This document shows positions 38,340 through 47,635 of a DNA stretch of 64,000 nt, one piece after another; positions within the stretch are counted from its first letter, which is position 1; every line of letters begins with the position of its first letter. The DNA is from an uncultured bacterium. Lineage in GTDB: Bacteria > Krumholzibacteriota > Krumholzibacteriia > LZORAL124-64-63. A model generated the notes under the pieces. The model saw only the letters and a program-made list of their open reading frames with translations. It made no database searches and had not been told where the DNA came from. A program made the translations under genes and the position numbers. Location: contig CAVSGO010000007.1 of the NCBI GenBank assembly GCA_963727525.1, forward strand, positions 224,001 through 288,000. Reading direction: 5' to 3'.

Positions 38340-38844
38340 GTACCGCGAGGACGACGCCGAGAACATCGTCAGGCTGGGCGGCAACTACCAGATCTGGCGC
38401 CATCTGGGCGATGCCTTCCCGTTTCCCTACACGCACGAGAAAGCGCTCGCGTGGCTCCACGAGGTCGCGGCCCAAGATCCCACCACGTGCTTCGCCATCG
38501 CCGATCCCGAGAACCGACTCTGTGGCGGTGTCGGCGTGATGCTGAAATCCGAACCCAACTACGCGCACGATGGCGAGATCGGCTACTGGCTCGGTCGCCA
38601 GTACTGGAACCAGGGCATCGCGACGGCCGCCGTGCGCGCCTTTACGGCCTGGGTACGCGCCGCCTACGGATTGCAGCGCGTCTCGGCCCGGGTCTTCGCG
38701 ACCAATACTGCGTCCGCACGGGTGCTGCAGAAGTGCGGCTTCCGGCTCGAGGGAACGCTGCGCCAGGGTGTACGCAAGGAGGATCGATACCTCGACCTGC
38801 TGGTCTTCGGGCACCTGCCCGGCGACGGTCACTCGGACACCTGA
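38290..38844 (+). CDS. GNAT N-acetyltransferase (RimJ/RimL family)
   Basis: FPFPYT, EIGYWLGRQYWNQGIAT, NTASARVLQKCGFRLEG. Confidence 0.92.
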   Translation: MTGVDLPLESPGFRIREYREDDAENIVRLGGNYQIWRHLGDAFPFPYTHEKALAWLHEVAAQDPTTCFAIADPENRLCGGVGVMLKSEPNYAHDGEIGYWLGRQYWNQGIATAAVRAFTAWVRAAYGLQRVSARVFATNTASARVLQKCGFRLEGTLRQGVRKEDRYLDLLVFGHLPGDGHSDT

Positions 38845-38863
38845 CCCTCTGGCCCGAAACACA

Positions 38864-38891
38864 GCGGGCGTAGCCTCGCGGCTACGCCCGC
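38864..38891. terminator. Hairpin between convergent GNAT and citrate synthase genes
   Basis: GCGGGCGTAGCC-tcgc-GGCTACGCCCGC, perfect 12-bp stem. Confidence 0.7.
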
Positions 38892-38923
38892 ACGCGGACG
38901 TGGGAGTGGATGGGATCAGCCGG

Positions 38924-40201
38924 TCAGGCGCCGACCTGCTGCTTCACCCATTCGACGGTGACGGTCTTCGGCCGCTCGATCGGAGCCATCATGGCGCGGT
39001 TCCATACGAGCTGCGCACACATGCCCATGGCACGCGACACCGAGAACATGACCGTATAATATGGGAACTCCGTCATGCCGTAATGATACAGCACGGCGCC
39101 GCTGCCCGCGTCGACGTTCGGCCACGGGTTCTTCGCCTTGCCCTGCGCGGTGAGCACCTTCGGCACGACGTTGAATACGAGGTCGACCATCTGCACCAGC
39201 GGATCGTCCGGGAAATGCTTCAGCCCGAACGCGCGCAACGCGGTGAAGCGCGGGTCGGTGACGCGCAGCACGGCATGGCCGTAGCCCGGGATCACGCGGC
39301 CGGCATTGAGCGTATCCCACGCCACTTTCTCGAGCTGCTCGGCCGTGGGTACACCGCCGAACTGCTTCATCATCTCGAGCACCCAGCCCAGGCATTCCTG
39401 GTTGGCCAGGCCGTGCAACGGACCGGCCAGGCCATTCAGGCCAGCGGAGATCGAGTAATATGCATCGCTCAGCGCCGAACTTACAAGGTTGGTCGTGTGC
39501 GCCGACACGTTGCCGCCTTCATGGTCGCAGTGCAACACGAGATACAGACGCACGGCGTCGGCCGCTTCCTTGTGCTTCTTCGTCAGGCCCAGCATATGCG
39601 CGAAGTTCTCGGCGTAGCTGAGGCCCTTCTTCGGGGCGATGCGCGGCCCTTTCTTGAAGCGCATGCGATACACGCCCGCCGCGATCGTGGCGATGCGCGC
39701 CTGGATCGTGAGGCAGTCCTCGAGCATCGGCTGCCACATCTCGGTCTTCGGTACGCCCTTGTTGTAGGCTTTCACGAACTCGCTCTCACGCTGCATGCAC
39801 AGGATGGCGGTGTCGAGCATCGTCATCGGATGCGAGTTCGCCGGCATCGCTTCGAGCACTTTCCATATATAGGCCGGCACGCGTGCGCGTGACGCGAATT
39901 CCTCTTGCAGCGCCTTGCGGTCCTTCGCGTTCGGCAGCTCGCCCGTGCAGAGCAGGTAGAAGATGTCTTCCGGCGTCTTCGCCGTGAGTTCGGCCAGCGG
40001 GATCCCGCGGATGATGAGCCCCTTCTCCGGAGGCACGACGCTCGTGTCGCAGATCATGCCCTTGACGCCACGCATGCCACCGAAGGCCTGGCCCACGGTC
40101 ACCTCACTGATGACCTTGTCGCCGTGCGCCTTCACCAGCGCGCCGACGTCTTCGCGCCAGACCGGAATCTTTTTCGCCAGAGCGTTCTGCAGCTTCGCCA
40201 T
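38924..40201 (-). CDS. gltA: Citrate (Si)-synthase, eukaryotic/Geobacter-type
   Basis: GGMRGVKG, DHEGGNVSAHT, GLAGPLHGLANQE, PGYGHAVLR.TDPR, NPWPNVDA, IERPK. Confidence 0.93.
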   Translation of the reverse strand: MAKLQNALAKKIPVWREDVGALVKAHGDKVISEVTVGQAFGGMRGVKGMICDTSVVPPEKGLIIRGIPLAELTAKTPEDIFYLLCTGELPNAKDRKALQEEFASRARVPAYIWKVLEAMPANSHPMTMLDTAILCMQRESEFVKAYNKGVPKTEMWQPMLEDCLTIQARIATIAAGVYRMRFKKGPRIAPKKGLSYAENFAHMLGLTKKHKEAADAVRLYLVLHCDHEGGNVSAHTTNLVSSALSDAYYSISAGLNGLAGPLHGLANQECLGWVLEMMKQFGGVPTAEQLEKVAWDTLNAGRVIPGYGHAVLRVTDPRFTALRAFGLKHFPDDPLVQMVDLVFNVVPKVLTAQGKAKNPWPNVDAGSGAVLYHYGMTEFPYYTVMFSVSRAMGMCAQLVWNRAMMAPIERPKTVTVEWVKQQVGA

Positions 40202-40411
40202 GATACACGTCCTCCCACGTCTACCCCGAGCCCGGGGCCGGATCGCAGCTCCCCGTTGAACCGCGATGCGGACATCCTACTCTCCTGGAAGGTGAAGTCA
40301 ACCACGAGCGGCGGCCCGGTGCGATTTGCTTTCGTTCTGGAAACCAACCGACTTTCCACCTACCTTTGAGTGCGAGAATCTGGCCGCGATCCCGTGCGTG
40401 AGGAGGATGGG

Positions 40412-40942
40412 ATGACCGATCAATTGAAGAAGTGCCTCGTGATCTTCGACCAGGCGATCAAATTCGAGGAAACGGGTATGGCTTTCTTCGAGGAACGCGC
40501 CGCCAAGGCGGAGAGCGCGCTCGAGCGCAACCTGTTCCACGCCCTGGCCAAGGACGAGCTTGGCCACAAGAAATACCTGCTGCAACTGCGTGACGAACTC
40601 CTGCGTGAGAACGATCTGGAGGCCATGAGCCCCGTATCCGGGCAGCATGCGACGGCCCGTGAGATCTTCGAGAGCGCCATGTCCGGCGCGCAGGATCCGT
40701 ACGAGTACGAGAGCGATCAGCTCCGGATCCTCGACGGGGCCATGGACGTCGAGCGCAAGGGCTACACGCTGTACATCAATGCGGTGAACAGCGTCGAGTC
40801 GCCGCGCGCCAAGGCCGTTTTCCAGCACCTGGCGGGCGAGGAGCAGAAGCACTACAACCTGCTCAAGAACACGTACGACTACATGGCCGACCCCGAGGCC
40901 TGGCACGGGTTCGACGAGAGCCCGATGCTCGACGGCGGCTAG
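40412..40942 (+). CDS. Ferritin-like/rubrerythrin family di-iron protein
   Basis: Two repeats A..xE..G..xY/F...F..LA.xE..H; AGGAGG RBS. Confidence 0.88.
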   Translation: MTDQLKKCLVIFDQAIKFEETGMAFFEERAAKAESALERNLFHALAKDELGHKKYLLQLRDELLRENDLEAMSPVSGQHATAREIFESAMSGAQDPYEYESDQLRILDGAMDVERKGYTLYINAVNSVESPRAKAVFQHLAGEEQKHYNLLKNTYDYMADPEAWHGFDESPMLDGG

Positions 40943-40966
40943 TCGCATCGTCATGGCGCGACGTTC

Positions 40967-41000
40967 GGCGGCTGCCCTCGCGGGCGGCCGCCTTGTTTCT
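40967..41000 (+). terminator. Intrinsic terminator
   Basis: GGCGGCTGCCC-tcgc-GGGCGGCCGCC followed by TTGTTTCT. Confidence 0.75.
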
Positions 41001-41027
41001 GATTTCTGCCATTCATGAGGGGGAACC

Positions 41028-42071
41028 GTGCCGCTCTCCGCGCCCGAACGCTCGCGCTACTTCGCCGACACGATCGCCATGGCACCCATGGCGCAGGGGG
41101 GCAACCTGCCCTATCGGCGCCTGTGCCGCGAATTCGGCGCCGACCTCACCTGCAGCGAGATGGTGATCGCCGACAAGCTCGTCAAGGGTGGTGAGGGGCC
41201 GCTGCTGCGCCACCACCCGAGCGAGGAGACCTTCGGTGTGCAGCTCTGCGGCATGCGTCCCTCCGTCGTCGCCGAGGCGGCTCGCATCGCGGTGGACCGT
41301 GGCGCGCGCTTCATCGACCTGAACTTCGGCTGTCCGATCGACCTCGTCGTGCGCCGTGGCGCGGGTTCAGCGCTCATGAAGAAGCCGCGCAAGCTGGCCG
41401 AGGTGGTGGCCGCCGTGCGGGAGGCGGTGGAGGTGCCGCTGTCGGCGAAGATCCGCACGGGCTACACGGAGGAGCGTCAGAACGCAGTCGAGGTGGCCCT
41501 GGCCGCCCAGGATGCGGGGGCCGACGCGCTGGCGATCCACGGCCGCACGCGGCAGCAGCGTTACAAGCGAAGCGCGAACTGGAACGTCATTGCCGACGTG
41601 GCCGGGGCGCTCACCATTCCCGTGCTCGGCAACGGCGACCTGCTCACGCCGTGGGACCTCGACCGCCGCCGCGGCGAGACGCCGGTGCGCGGATTCATGA
41701 TCGCGCGCGGTTGCCTCATCAAGCCGTGGGTCTTTCGCGAGCTGCGTAGCGGCGAGGCCTGGGTGCCCACGGTTGCCGAGCGCTGGGCCGTGATGCGACG
41801 CTACCTCGACTACGCGCTCGAGTACTTCGGCGACGACGACAAGGGGCAGCAGCGCGCCCACCGTTTCCTGATCTGGCATCTCCATTTCTGGCCACGCTGG
41901 CGGCCATACACCGAGGCCGACTATCAGGCGCACCTGCCCGAATCGCTCATCCAGCGCCGTGACGACGAGGTTGTCGGCGATCCCGACCTGGTACTGCTCG
42001 CAAGCGACGACGAGGCCGATCACGAGCGCATCTGGCGACGCCTCCTTGACAGCGATTACCCGGGAGCCTAG
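41028..42071 (+). CDS. tRNA-dihydrouridine synthase (Dus3-like)
   Basis: APM..GNLPYRR, FGVQL, IDLNFGCP, KIRTG, IHGRTRQQRY, GNGD, MIARG. Confidence 0.9.
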   Translation: MPLSAPERSRYFADTIAMAPMAQGGNLPYRRLCREFGADLTCSEMVIADKLVKGGEGPLLRHHPSEETFGVQLCGMRPSVVAEAARIAVDRGARFIDLNFGCPIDLVVRRGAGSALMKKPRKLAEVVAAVREAVEVPLSAKIRTGYTEERQNAVEVALAAQDAGADALAIHGRTRQQRYKRSANWNVIADVAGALTIPVLGNGDLLTPWDLDRRRGETPVRGFMIARGCLIKPWVFRELRSGEAWVPTVAERWAVMRRYLDYALEYFGDDDKGQQRAHRFLIWHLHFWPRWRPYTEADYQAHLPESLIQRRDDEVVGDPDLVLLASDDEADHERIWRRLLDSDYPGA

Positions 42072-42074
42072 AGT
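42046..42074 (+). promoter_or_regulatory. Sigma70 promoter for the B12 riboswitch/btu operon, embedded in the dus 3' end
   Basis: TTGACA-17nt-TAGAGT. Confidence 0.65.
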
Positions 42075-42079
42075 GCGCG

Positions 42080-42240
42080 GGTAGTCGACGGCCTGTCGAC
42101 CAGCGGAAGTCCGGTGAGAATCCGGCGCGGCCCCGCCACTGTGAGCGGCGACGAAACCTGCACGACAGCCACTGGATGCCCGCGGGGCATCCGGGAAGGC
42201 GCAGGCGGTAGGACGACCCGCAAGCCAGGAAACCGGTTCC
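42080..42240 (+). ncRNA. Cobalamin (B12) riboswitch
   Basis: GGAA-GTCCGGTGAGAATCCGGCGCGGCCCCGCCACTGT...GCCACTGG...GGGAAGGC...AGCCAGGAAACC conserved elements; located upstream of a TonB receptor. Confidence 0.92.
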
Positions 42241-42249
42241 AGGCCCTGT

Positions 42250-42275
42250 CCGTCACCTTCGCGGGCGAGGTACGG
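42250..42275 (+). promoter_or_regulatory. RBS-sequestering hairpin (riboswitch expression platform)
   Basis: CCGTCACCTTCGC pairs with GCGAGGTACGG, burying GAGGT just before ATG 42277. Confidence 0.55.
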
Positions 42276-42276
42276 C

Positions 42277-44424
42277 ATGGTGGATCCCACTCGCGTGGGT
42301 TCCGGTCACTGGTGCAGTGGCCCATTCCTTCGCCATCGTGGCTCTCGATCTCCACGACCCTTCCTCTGGTTCGCGGTTCTGAGCGTCGTGCTCCGCGTCC
42401 TTGCGTCGCCCGCAGCCGCCAGGCCGGCAGTGACCGCCGCGGCGCCGGCCGACGGGGACGCCGCGGCGGCCGTGCTCGACACGGTCGTCGTGTCGGCGCC
42501 GGCGGTGCGGTCACCCGGGCTCTTCCCGAGCGCGCCGGGTGTGGCCACGGTGGTGCCGCTGGAGGACGCCACCGGCGGTGCCGACCTCGCCGAGCTGCTG
42601 GCCGGCGCGGCCGGCCTGCAGATGCGCCGCTTCGGCGGCCTCGGCGCTTATGCGCTTCCGTCGGTCCGCGGCTCGAGCGCAGCCCAGGTGGAGGTGCTCA
42701 TCGACGGGCTGCCCCTGGGCGACGCCCAGACCGGCGTCGTCGATCTCAGCGCGCTGCCGCTGGAACGCTTCGACCGCGCGGAGATCCACCGCGGCCTCGT
42801 GCCGGCCGGATTCGGCGGCGTTGGCGCAGCGGGTGCGATCGACCTGCGCACTCGCGACATCCCCGGCGGCCGCCTCGACGTGCGTCTCTTCGGCGGCAGC
42901 TTCGGCGACCGCGGTGCCCGGGCCACCGTCGCCGGAGCCACGTCCGGTGGCGGGCTGCGCGGCATGCTGCTGCTGCACGGCCGAGCCACGGACAATCGCT
43001 TCCGCTACCTCGACCATCACCAGACGTTCCTGACAACGGCCGACGACACCATCCGGGACCGTGTCAACGCCGAGCGACAGGAGGCCGGTTTCTATGGCCT
43101 AGGCGAGCTTGACGGCGGCACTGGGACCCTGCGCGCCTCGGCCGGCTTCTTCCGCCAGGACGCGGGGCGTCCGGGCCCTCTCGGTTTTCCGAGCCCGCAC
43201 GCCGGCCTGCGCCGTGACCGCTGGGACGGTCGCCTCACCGCGGCCACGCCGCGGCGTGACGTCACCCTTGATCTCGCCGCGAGTCGCCGCCGCGAGACGC
43301 TCGCCGACGGCGACGGTGAGGTTGGCTGGGACCCGCCGGGCGACACGCAAGCGACCAGCGACGAGGTCACCGCGCGTGCCATGTGGGCGCCCGTCTGGTT
43401 GCTCAGCGATCTGGTGCATGACCTGCCCGACCTGCTGCTCTCGCTCACTGCGGGCGGCGACTGGCGGCAGCAGGAGTACCGCGCAACGCAGCCCGACCGT
43501 ACCCTGCCACGGCGCGAGCGTACCACGACGTCGGCCTTCGCCTCCCTCGCCATCGACATGCCGCACCCCCGCCTGCGCGTCACGCCGGGCTGGCGCTGGC
43601 AGCGGGCGCGCGACGACTTCCCGCCCGTGCCCGATCTGCCCTGGCTGCCCGAGGGGCCGGCCGAGGCACACGTGAGCGAGGCCACCTCGCCGAGTCTGGG
43701 CCTCACCTGGCAAGCCGTGCCCGGCGCGTTGACGCTGGATGCGCACTGGCACGAGACGGTGCGTCAGCCCACCTGGGTGGAACTGTTCGGCGAGCCGGGC
43801 GGCCTCGAGGGCAACCGCGAACTCCAGCCCGAAGCGATCACCGGACGCGACGTGGGCGTCACCATGAGCGATCGGGATGCCGGCACGGCGTTACGCGTGA
43901 CGGTGTTCTCGCAGACCACCGAGCGCACGATCACCTGGCTGCAGAGCAGCCTCTACACGGTGAAGCCCGTGAACATCGGGCGCGCGCAGACGCGCGGGGT
44001 GGAGGTGGAGGCGCGCGGGCGGTTCCTCGAGGGCCTTGCCCTCACCGCCAACGTCACCGCACAGCGCGCCCGCGATCGTGGCCCCGACCCGGCGTACCGC
44101 GGCAAGGCCCTGCCCTACCTGCCGTCGCTGGAGCTGTTCGCCACCATCAGCCTCGATCGCGACACGGGCTGGGTTCCGACGGTCACCGTGCAGGCGTCGA
44201 GCAGCAATCCGCGCGATCGCTACAACCAGCCCGAGCAGCGGGCGCCTGCACGCAGCCTCGTGCATCTGGCGCTGGCCCGCACCTGGCGTGGCGGCGTCTG
44301 GGGCGCCGGGCGCGTCGCCACGCTCACCGGCGAGATCATGAACGTCACGGACAACACCGTCACCGATGTCGAGGGCTACCCGCTGCCCGGGCGCAGTGTC
44401 CGCGTCTCGCTCGCGTGGCGCTGA
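42277..44424 (+). CDS. TonB-dependent receptor, BtuB-like
   Basis: TonB box DTVVVSA; plug SVRGS..QVEVLIDG, IHRG; GN.ELQPE, NIGRAQTRGVE, GYPLPGR...LAWR; B12 riboswitch upstream. Confidence 0.88.
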   Translation: MVDPTRVGSGHWCSGPFLRHRGSRSPRPFLWFAVLSVVLRVLASPAAARPAVTAAAPADGDAAAAVLDTVVVSAPAVRSPGLFPSAPGVATVVPLEDATGGADLAELLAGAAGLQMRRFGGLGAYALPSVRGSSAAQVEVLIDGLPLGDAQTGVVDLSALPLERFDRAEIHRGLVPAGFGGVGAAGAIDLRTRDIPGGRLDVRLFGGSFGDRGARATVAGATSGGGLRGMLLLHGRATDNRFRYLDHHQTFLTTADDTIRDRVNAERQEAGFYGLGELDGGTGTLRASAGFFRQDAGRPGPLGFPSPHAGLRRDRWDGRLTAATPRRDVTLDLAASRRRETLADGDGEVGWDPPGDTQATSDEVTARAMWAPVWLLSDLVHDLPDLLLSLTAGGDWRQQEYRATQPDRTLPRRERTTTSAFASLAIDMPHPRLRVTPGWRWQRARDDFPPVPDLPWLPEGPAEAHVSEATSPSLGLTWQAVPGALTLDAHWHETVRQPTWVELFGEPGGLEGNRELQPEAITGRDVGVTMSDRDAGTALRVTVFSQTTERTITWLQSSLYTVKPVNIGRAQTRGVEVEARGRFLEGLALTANVTAQRARDRGPDPAYRGKALPYLPSLELFATISLDRDTGWVPTVTVQASSSNPRDRYNQPEQRAPARSLVHLALARTWRGGVWGAGRVATLTGEIMNVTDNTVTDVEGYPLPGRSVRVSLAWR

Positions 44425-44441
44425 CCCGCAAGGAGCTGCCG

Positions 44442-45803
44442 ATGCGATACCTCCTCGTTCCCTGTGCGCTCTTCCTGGCCTCGGCCGTTTCCGCGTCCGC
44501 GTGGACGGAGGGCGCGATCATCACCTCCGACTACAGCGGCAGCGGCGCCGTGAGCACCTTCCTGCGCGACGACCCATGGACCGTCAGCCCGGATCGCGCG
44601 ACGGTTTATCGCGACGCCGTGGCGCACTGGCACGACGGCCTGCTCTACGTCGTCAATCGCGCGGGGGCGGACAACATCCAGGTGCTCGATCCGGCGGCCG
44701 GCTATCAGACCGTGCGGCAGTACAGCCTGGGCACGAACCGGGGCTTGCACGACATCGCCTTCGATACCGAGGGCGAGGCCTACGTGGCGTGCTACGACAC
44801 CGCCGAGCTGCTGCGGATCGATCCGGTCAGCGGGCAGATTCTCGACGTGATCTCCACGGCCGCATGGGCCGATGCCGATGGTCGTCCCGAGACGGGCCAG
44901 CTCCTGGCTGTCGGCGACCGGCTGTTCATCACCTGCGAGCGCCTCGACCGCGGCCACTACTACCAACCCGTCGGCGACAGCTACCTGCTGGTTTGGGACA
45001 TGGCTGCCGAGGCGTGGGAGGGCAGCATCCTGCTCGCGGGGACCGATCCCTATGCCCGGCCTTTCTACGATGGCCAGTATCTCCACGTCGCCTGCATCGG
45101 TGTGTATGGCGTGCTCGACGCGGGGGTCGACGTCGTCGATCCGGTGTCGCTCACGTCCCTCGGATTCGAGATCACGGACGCGCTCGCCGGCGGTGACGTC
45201 CTGGACATCGAGCCGGGGCCGGGCGGCTGGCGCGAGGTCATCGTCAGCGACACGGCGCTGCAGACGAGCGTACGGCGCTACCGAGCGGGCGAAGGCGCGG
45301 CGGCGGTGATCCTGCCCACGAGCGCCTACGACTACGCCGACCTCGCGTTCGACGGCGACTTCCAGCTCTATGTCGCCGACCATTCGGCGTCGGCGCCCGG
45401 CCTGCGGGTCTTCGATGCCGTCAGCGGCGCGGAGCTGACATCGGCGCCCCTCGCCACCGGCTTGCCGCCCGTGTCGATCGTTCTGCCCGAGGGCGCGGTG
45501 GTCGCGGCGCCCGACCTGCCGTCGCCGCACCTGCAACTCGCGGCGCCGTGGCCGAATCCGGCCAACCCTGCCACGCAGGTGGCCTGGACGGCCTCGGCCG
45601 GACAGGCGGTGACGCTGCGCGTGCTCGATCTGCGGGGCCACGAGTTGCAGCGCGTGGCGCGCGTCACCGACGACAGGGGCCACGGGACTTGGCGCTTCGA
45701 CGGTCTCGACGACTGCGGGCGCCGCGTCGCCTCGGGAACTTACCGTCTGGTGGTCGAGGGTGCCGGAGGCTTCGCCGCGCGCAGCTTCAGCCTCGTGCGC
45801 TGA
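44442..45803 (+). CDS. Secreted YncE/BtuG-like beta-propeller with C-terminal FlgD/CTD-like domain
   Basis: AAGGAG RBS; signal peptide; blades LYVVNR..ADNIQVLDP, AYVACY, LFITCERLD, LYVAD; C-terminal PNPANP...ASGTY. Confidence 0.8.
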   Translation: MRYLLVPCALFLASAVSASAWTEGAIITSDYSGSGAVSTFLRDDPWTVSPDRATVYRDAVAHWHDGLLYVVNRAGADNIQVLDPAAGYQTVRQYSLGTNRGLHDIAFDTEGEAYVACYDTAELLRIDPVSGQILDVISTAAWADADGRPETGQLLAVGDRLFITCERLDRGHYYQPVGDSYLLVWDMAAEAWEGSILLAGTDPYARPFYDGQYLHVACIGVYGVLDAGVDVVDPVSLTSLGFEITDALAGGDVLDIEPGPGGWREVIVSDTALQTSVRRYRAGEGAAAVILPTSAYDYADLAFDGDFQLYVADHSASAPGLRVFDAVSGAELTSAPLATGLPPVSIVLPEGAVVAAPDLPSPHLQLAAPWPNPANPATQVAWTASAGQAVTLRVLDLRGHELQRVARVTDDRGHGTWRFDGLDDCGRRVASGTYRLVVEGAGGFAARSFSLVR

Positions 45804-45894
45804 TCCCCGTCCGCACCCTCCACGCTTGCGATCCGCCCCCGAATGGTGGACATTCGAGGGCGCTGACGATGTCCCTACCGGGGAGAAACGAGCC

Positions 45895-46497
45895 ATGACC
45901 CGCATCTACACCCGCACCGGCGACGGTGGCGAGACCGGCCTCTTCGGCGGTGGCCGCACGGCCAAGAGCGACCCGCGGGTCGATCTCTACGGCGAGGTGG
46001 ACGAGCTGAACAGCGCCCTGGGCGTGGTCCGCGCCCACCTGGAGCCCCAGCTCGCGGCGCAGCCGGCCCTCGCCGCTCTCGATGCCGACCTCCTCGCGTT
46101 CCAGAGCGATCTCTTCGAACTCGGCGCCCTGCTCGCGGATCCCGAGCGCTGCCGGCGGCTGCGCGATGCCGCGCCCACCGAGCTGGGCATCGACGGCCCG
46201 GCCCTCGAGCCCGTGATCGACCGGCTGGAGGACGGGCTGCCCCCGCTACGCGCCTTCATCCTGCCGGGGGGCGACGCCGCGGCGGCGGCCCTCCACCTGG
46301 CGCGCACGATCTGCCGCCGTGTGGAACGCAAGGCCGTGGCGGCCGTGCACGCGCAACTCGAGGTGCCGGACGGCGTGATCGTCTATCTCAATCGCCTGAG
46401 CGACCTCCTGTTCGTCGCGGCGCGCCGCGTCAATCACGAGCGCGGCCGTGACGACGTCATCTGGCCCGGTCGTCGTCAGGATCCTGACCCGAGGTGA
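45895..46497 (+). CDS. Cob(I)alamin adenosyltransferase, PduO type
   Basis: RIYTRTGDGGET, YGEVDELNS, FILPGG, LHLARTICRRVER, YLNRLSDLLF. Confidence 0.93.
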   Translation: MTRIYTRTGDGGETGLFGGGRTAKSDPRVDLYGEVDELNSALGVVRAHLEPQLAAQPALAALDADLLAFQSDLFELGALLADPERCRRLRDAAPTELGIDGPALEPVIDRLEDGLPPLRAFILPGGDAAAAALHLARTICRRVERKAVAAVHAQLEVPDGVIVYLNRLSDLLFVAARRVNHERGRDDVIWPGRRQDPDPR

Positions 46498-46500
46498 TCC

Positions 46501-47160
46501 GTGGTCCCGCGCCTGCTGCGCCGCTTCGAGAAAATCGCCCCCGCCGACGCGAATAACGGGTCGGCCGCCGGGTTACCACCCCCGTTCGTCGATGCCGCCG
46601 CGGCCACGGCCGCGGACGGCGATCCGGATCAGGGCGACATCGTCCGTTTTCTGGATGGAGATCCGCGGGGGTTCGAGGCGCTCATGGAGCGGTACCGACG
46701 GCAGGCATACGGCATCGCCCTGGGGCTGTGCGGCAACCATGACGACGCCATGGACGCGGTGCAGAAAGCGTTCATCCGCATCCATCGCTCGCTCGGCCGG
46801 TTCCGGCTCGGGGCGCCGTTCTTCCCGTGGCTCTACCGGATCGTGCGCAACGCGGCGCTCAACCAGCGCCGCGACGAGAAGCGCCACCGCGGCGAGATGC
46901 CCCTGGAGTGGGTCACGCGCCCGGCGGACGATCCGAACCCGCTGGAGGCAGCCGTGGCCGATGACCTGGCGGTCCGCCTCTGGGCCGGTATCCAGGGACT
47001 GTCGCCCGAGCTACGCGAGGTGTTCATGCTCTACCATTTCCAGGGCTTGAAGTATCGCGAGATCGCCGCTGCCGTGGACATCCCGATCGGCACCGTGATG
47101 TCGCGCTTGCACGCCGCGCGGCGCCAGCTCCGCGCCGGCATCGGCGAGGTGGGGGACTGA
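46501..47160 (+). CDS. ECF sigma factor
   Basis: Region 2 DAMDAVQKAF..F.PWLYRIVRN; region 4 GLKYREIA..IPIGTVMSRLHAAR. Confidence 0.92.
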   Translation: MVPRLLRRFEKIAPADANNGSAAGLPPPFVDAAAATAADGDPDQGDIVRFLDGDPRGFEALMERYRRQAYGIALGLCGNHDDAMDAVQKAFIRIHRSLGRFRLGAPFFPWLYRIVRNAALNQRRDEKRHRGEMPLEWVTRPADDPNPLEAAVADDLAVRLWAGIQGLSPELREVFMLYHFQGLKYREIAAAVDIPIGTVMSRLHAARRQLRAGIGEVGD

Positions 47161-47624
47161 TGCGCGCTCCTCATGAATACCAACCTGAGCGCGACGCGCC
47201 CCTGCTCTCCGCGTACGTCGACGGCGAACTCGACGCCGCCGACGCGGCACTGGTCGAGGGCTGGGTCGCGGCGCATGACGAGGTGCGGCGCGAGGTGGAT
47301 CGCCTGCGCGCCTTCGTCACCTTGACGAGCCGCCTTCGCCTGCGCGACGCGCCACCCGAGGCATGGGAGGTGTTCTGGCGTCGCTCCTACAATCGCGGCG
47401 AGCGCCGGCTCGGCTGGATCCTGTTCATCGTGGGCGTGGCCGTCGTCGGCGGCTGGGCGTTCGGCAACGCCGTGGCCAGCGTGCTGCACCGCGTCCACCT
47501 GCCGACCGTCGTGAAGATCGGCACGGGCGCCGTGGGCGCGGGGCTGCTCATCCTCATGGTTTCCGTGCTGCGCGAGAGCTGGTACGCGCGCAACCACTCA
47601 CGGTACAAGGACGTCATTCGCTGA
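47160..47624 (+). CDS. Membrane-anchored anti-sigma factor
   Basis: LLSAYVDGELD anti-sigma domain start, two TM helices, overlaps the sigma gene stop. Confidence 0.8.
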   Translation: MRAPHEYQPERDAPLLSAYVDGELDAADAALVEGWVAAHDEVRREVDRLRAFVTLTSRLRLRDAPPEAWEVFWRRSYNRGERRLGWILFIVGVAVVGGWAFGNAVASVLHRVHLPTVVKIGTGAVGAGLLILMVSVLRESWYARNHSRYKDVIR

Positions 47625-47635
47625 CGGAGGCGGAC

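Noticed and set aside
40290-40307. Possible second Rex site between citrate synthase and the di-iron protein gene
   Set aside because: About five mismatches to the consensus, and it coincides with a likely -35 element (TTGACT on the minus strand).
40900-40942. C-terminal di-glycine (LDGG) of the ferritin-like protein as a ubiquitin/ThiS-like conjugation tail
   Set aside because: The fold is a four-helix di-iron bundle rather than beta-grasp, and no E1/ThiF or JAB gene is nearby.
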